47,503 nt of DNA, taken from IMG/VR virus record IMGVR_UViG_3300032227_001499, positions 1 to 47,503 of that record; one strand, written 5' to 3'. This stretch comes from a virus (lineage: Duplodnaviria; Caudoviricetes). The notes beneath the pieces were generated by a model. That model ran no database searches and was not told the DNA's origin. It saw only the letters and a program-made list of their open reading frames with translations. Below are positions 47,308 through 47,503 of this stretch, piece after piece. How positions within the stretch are numbered: position 1 is the first letter of the stretch; every line of letters starts with the position of its first letter. The position numbers and the translations under genes were made by a program.

Positions 47308-47503
47308 TTAAGCATTTAGGTTTGATTTAATCAAGCCAATTTCTGCCGTTCTACGCAAAAACCTTAATGGATTGATTAACACAGGCGTTGCGGCAACGCT
47401 CCTATCAAGTTCAACGATAATATCATTGTCCCTGATTACTTTTCTACCTATGTTTGCACTACCATTGATGTCGGAATTTATTTTCCGACCATCAGCAGCA
47501 CGA
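47308..47503 (-). CDS. tnpB: 3' end of a second TnpB-family nuclease (truncated by the window edge)
   Basis: RAADGRKINSDINGSANIGRKVIRD...LDRSVAATPVLINPL matches the G-x-x-INADxNG-x-x-NI-x-RK RuvC-III end of the TnpB subfamily without a canonical Zn finger. Confidence 0.8.
   Translation of the reverse strand, partial: RAADGRKINSDINGSANIGRKVIRDNDIIVELDRSVAATPVLINPLRFLRRTAEIGLIKSNLNA

Noticed and set aside
1-47503. CRISPR array, tRNA/rRNA genes, diversity-generating retroelement
   Set aside because: All repeats seen are coding tandem repeats without unique spacers. No cloverleaf-sized intergenic structure, reverse transcriptase or TR/VR pair was seen; the by-eye search is not exhaustive.
47308-47503. 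Frameshift in the second tnpB
   Set aside because: Re-reading gives ATC AGG GAC in frame; the ORF is continuous to TAA at 47308.
1-47503. Stop-codon reassignment
   Set aside because: Genes are full length in the standard code, and TAA, TAG and TGA all end genes at tight gene junctions.

Overview
AT-rich (roughly 30% GC by eye), gene-dense segment of a large contractile-tailed (myovirus/jumbo-phage-like) genome read in the standard code. The core (12.3-29.9 kb) is a T4-like tail/baseplate module: gp2-like DNA end protector, 1890-aa tape measure, tube initiator, gp53/LysM, hub, gp5/VgrG-like spike, gp25, gp6-like and gp7-like wedges. It is followed by three paralogous PKD-containing appendage proteins sharing an N-terminal 'AEHHN' domain. 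The third adds a P-domain, an extensin-like stalk with 47 consecutive prolines and a nested Cys-rich repeat head. A second, 5'-truncated protein at the window start carries the same Cys-rich repeat on a mucin-like Thr-rich stalk. A prolyl-hydroxylase-like 2OG-Fe(II) oxygenase and four glycosyltransferase-like genes lie in the same window, suggesting (inference) a phage-encoded hydroxyproline/O-glycoprotein fibre system. Other notable genes: a volactin-like actin ATPase operon, ClpP, a catalytically degenerate CCA/poly(A) nucleotidyltransferase, AdoMetDC (speD), two HNH nucleases, one complete TnpB-only IS200/IS605 element, the 3' end of a second TnpB, and a solo IS-end-like hairpin. No tRNA, rRNA or CRISPR array was seen. 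All family assignments come from motif recognition by eye, not database searches.
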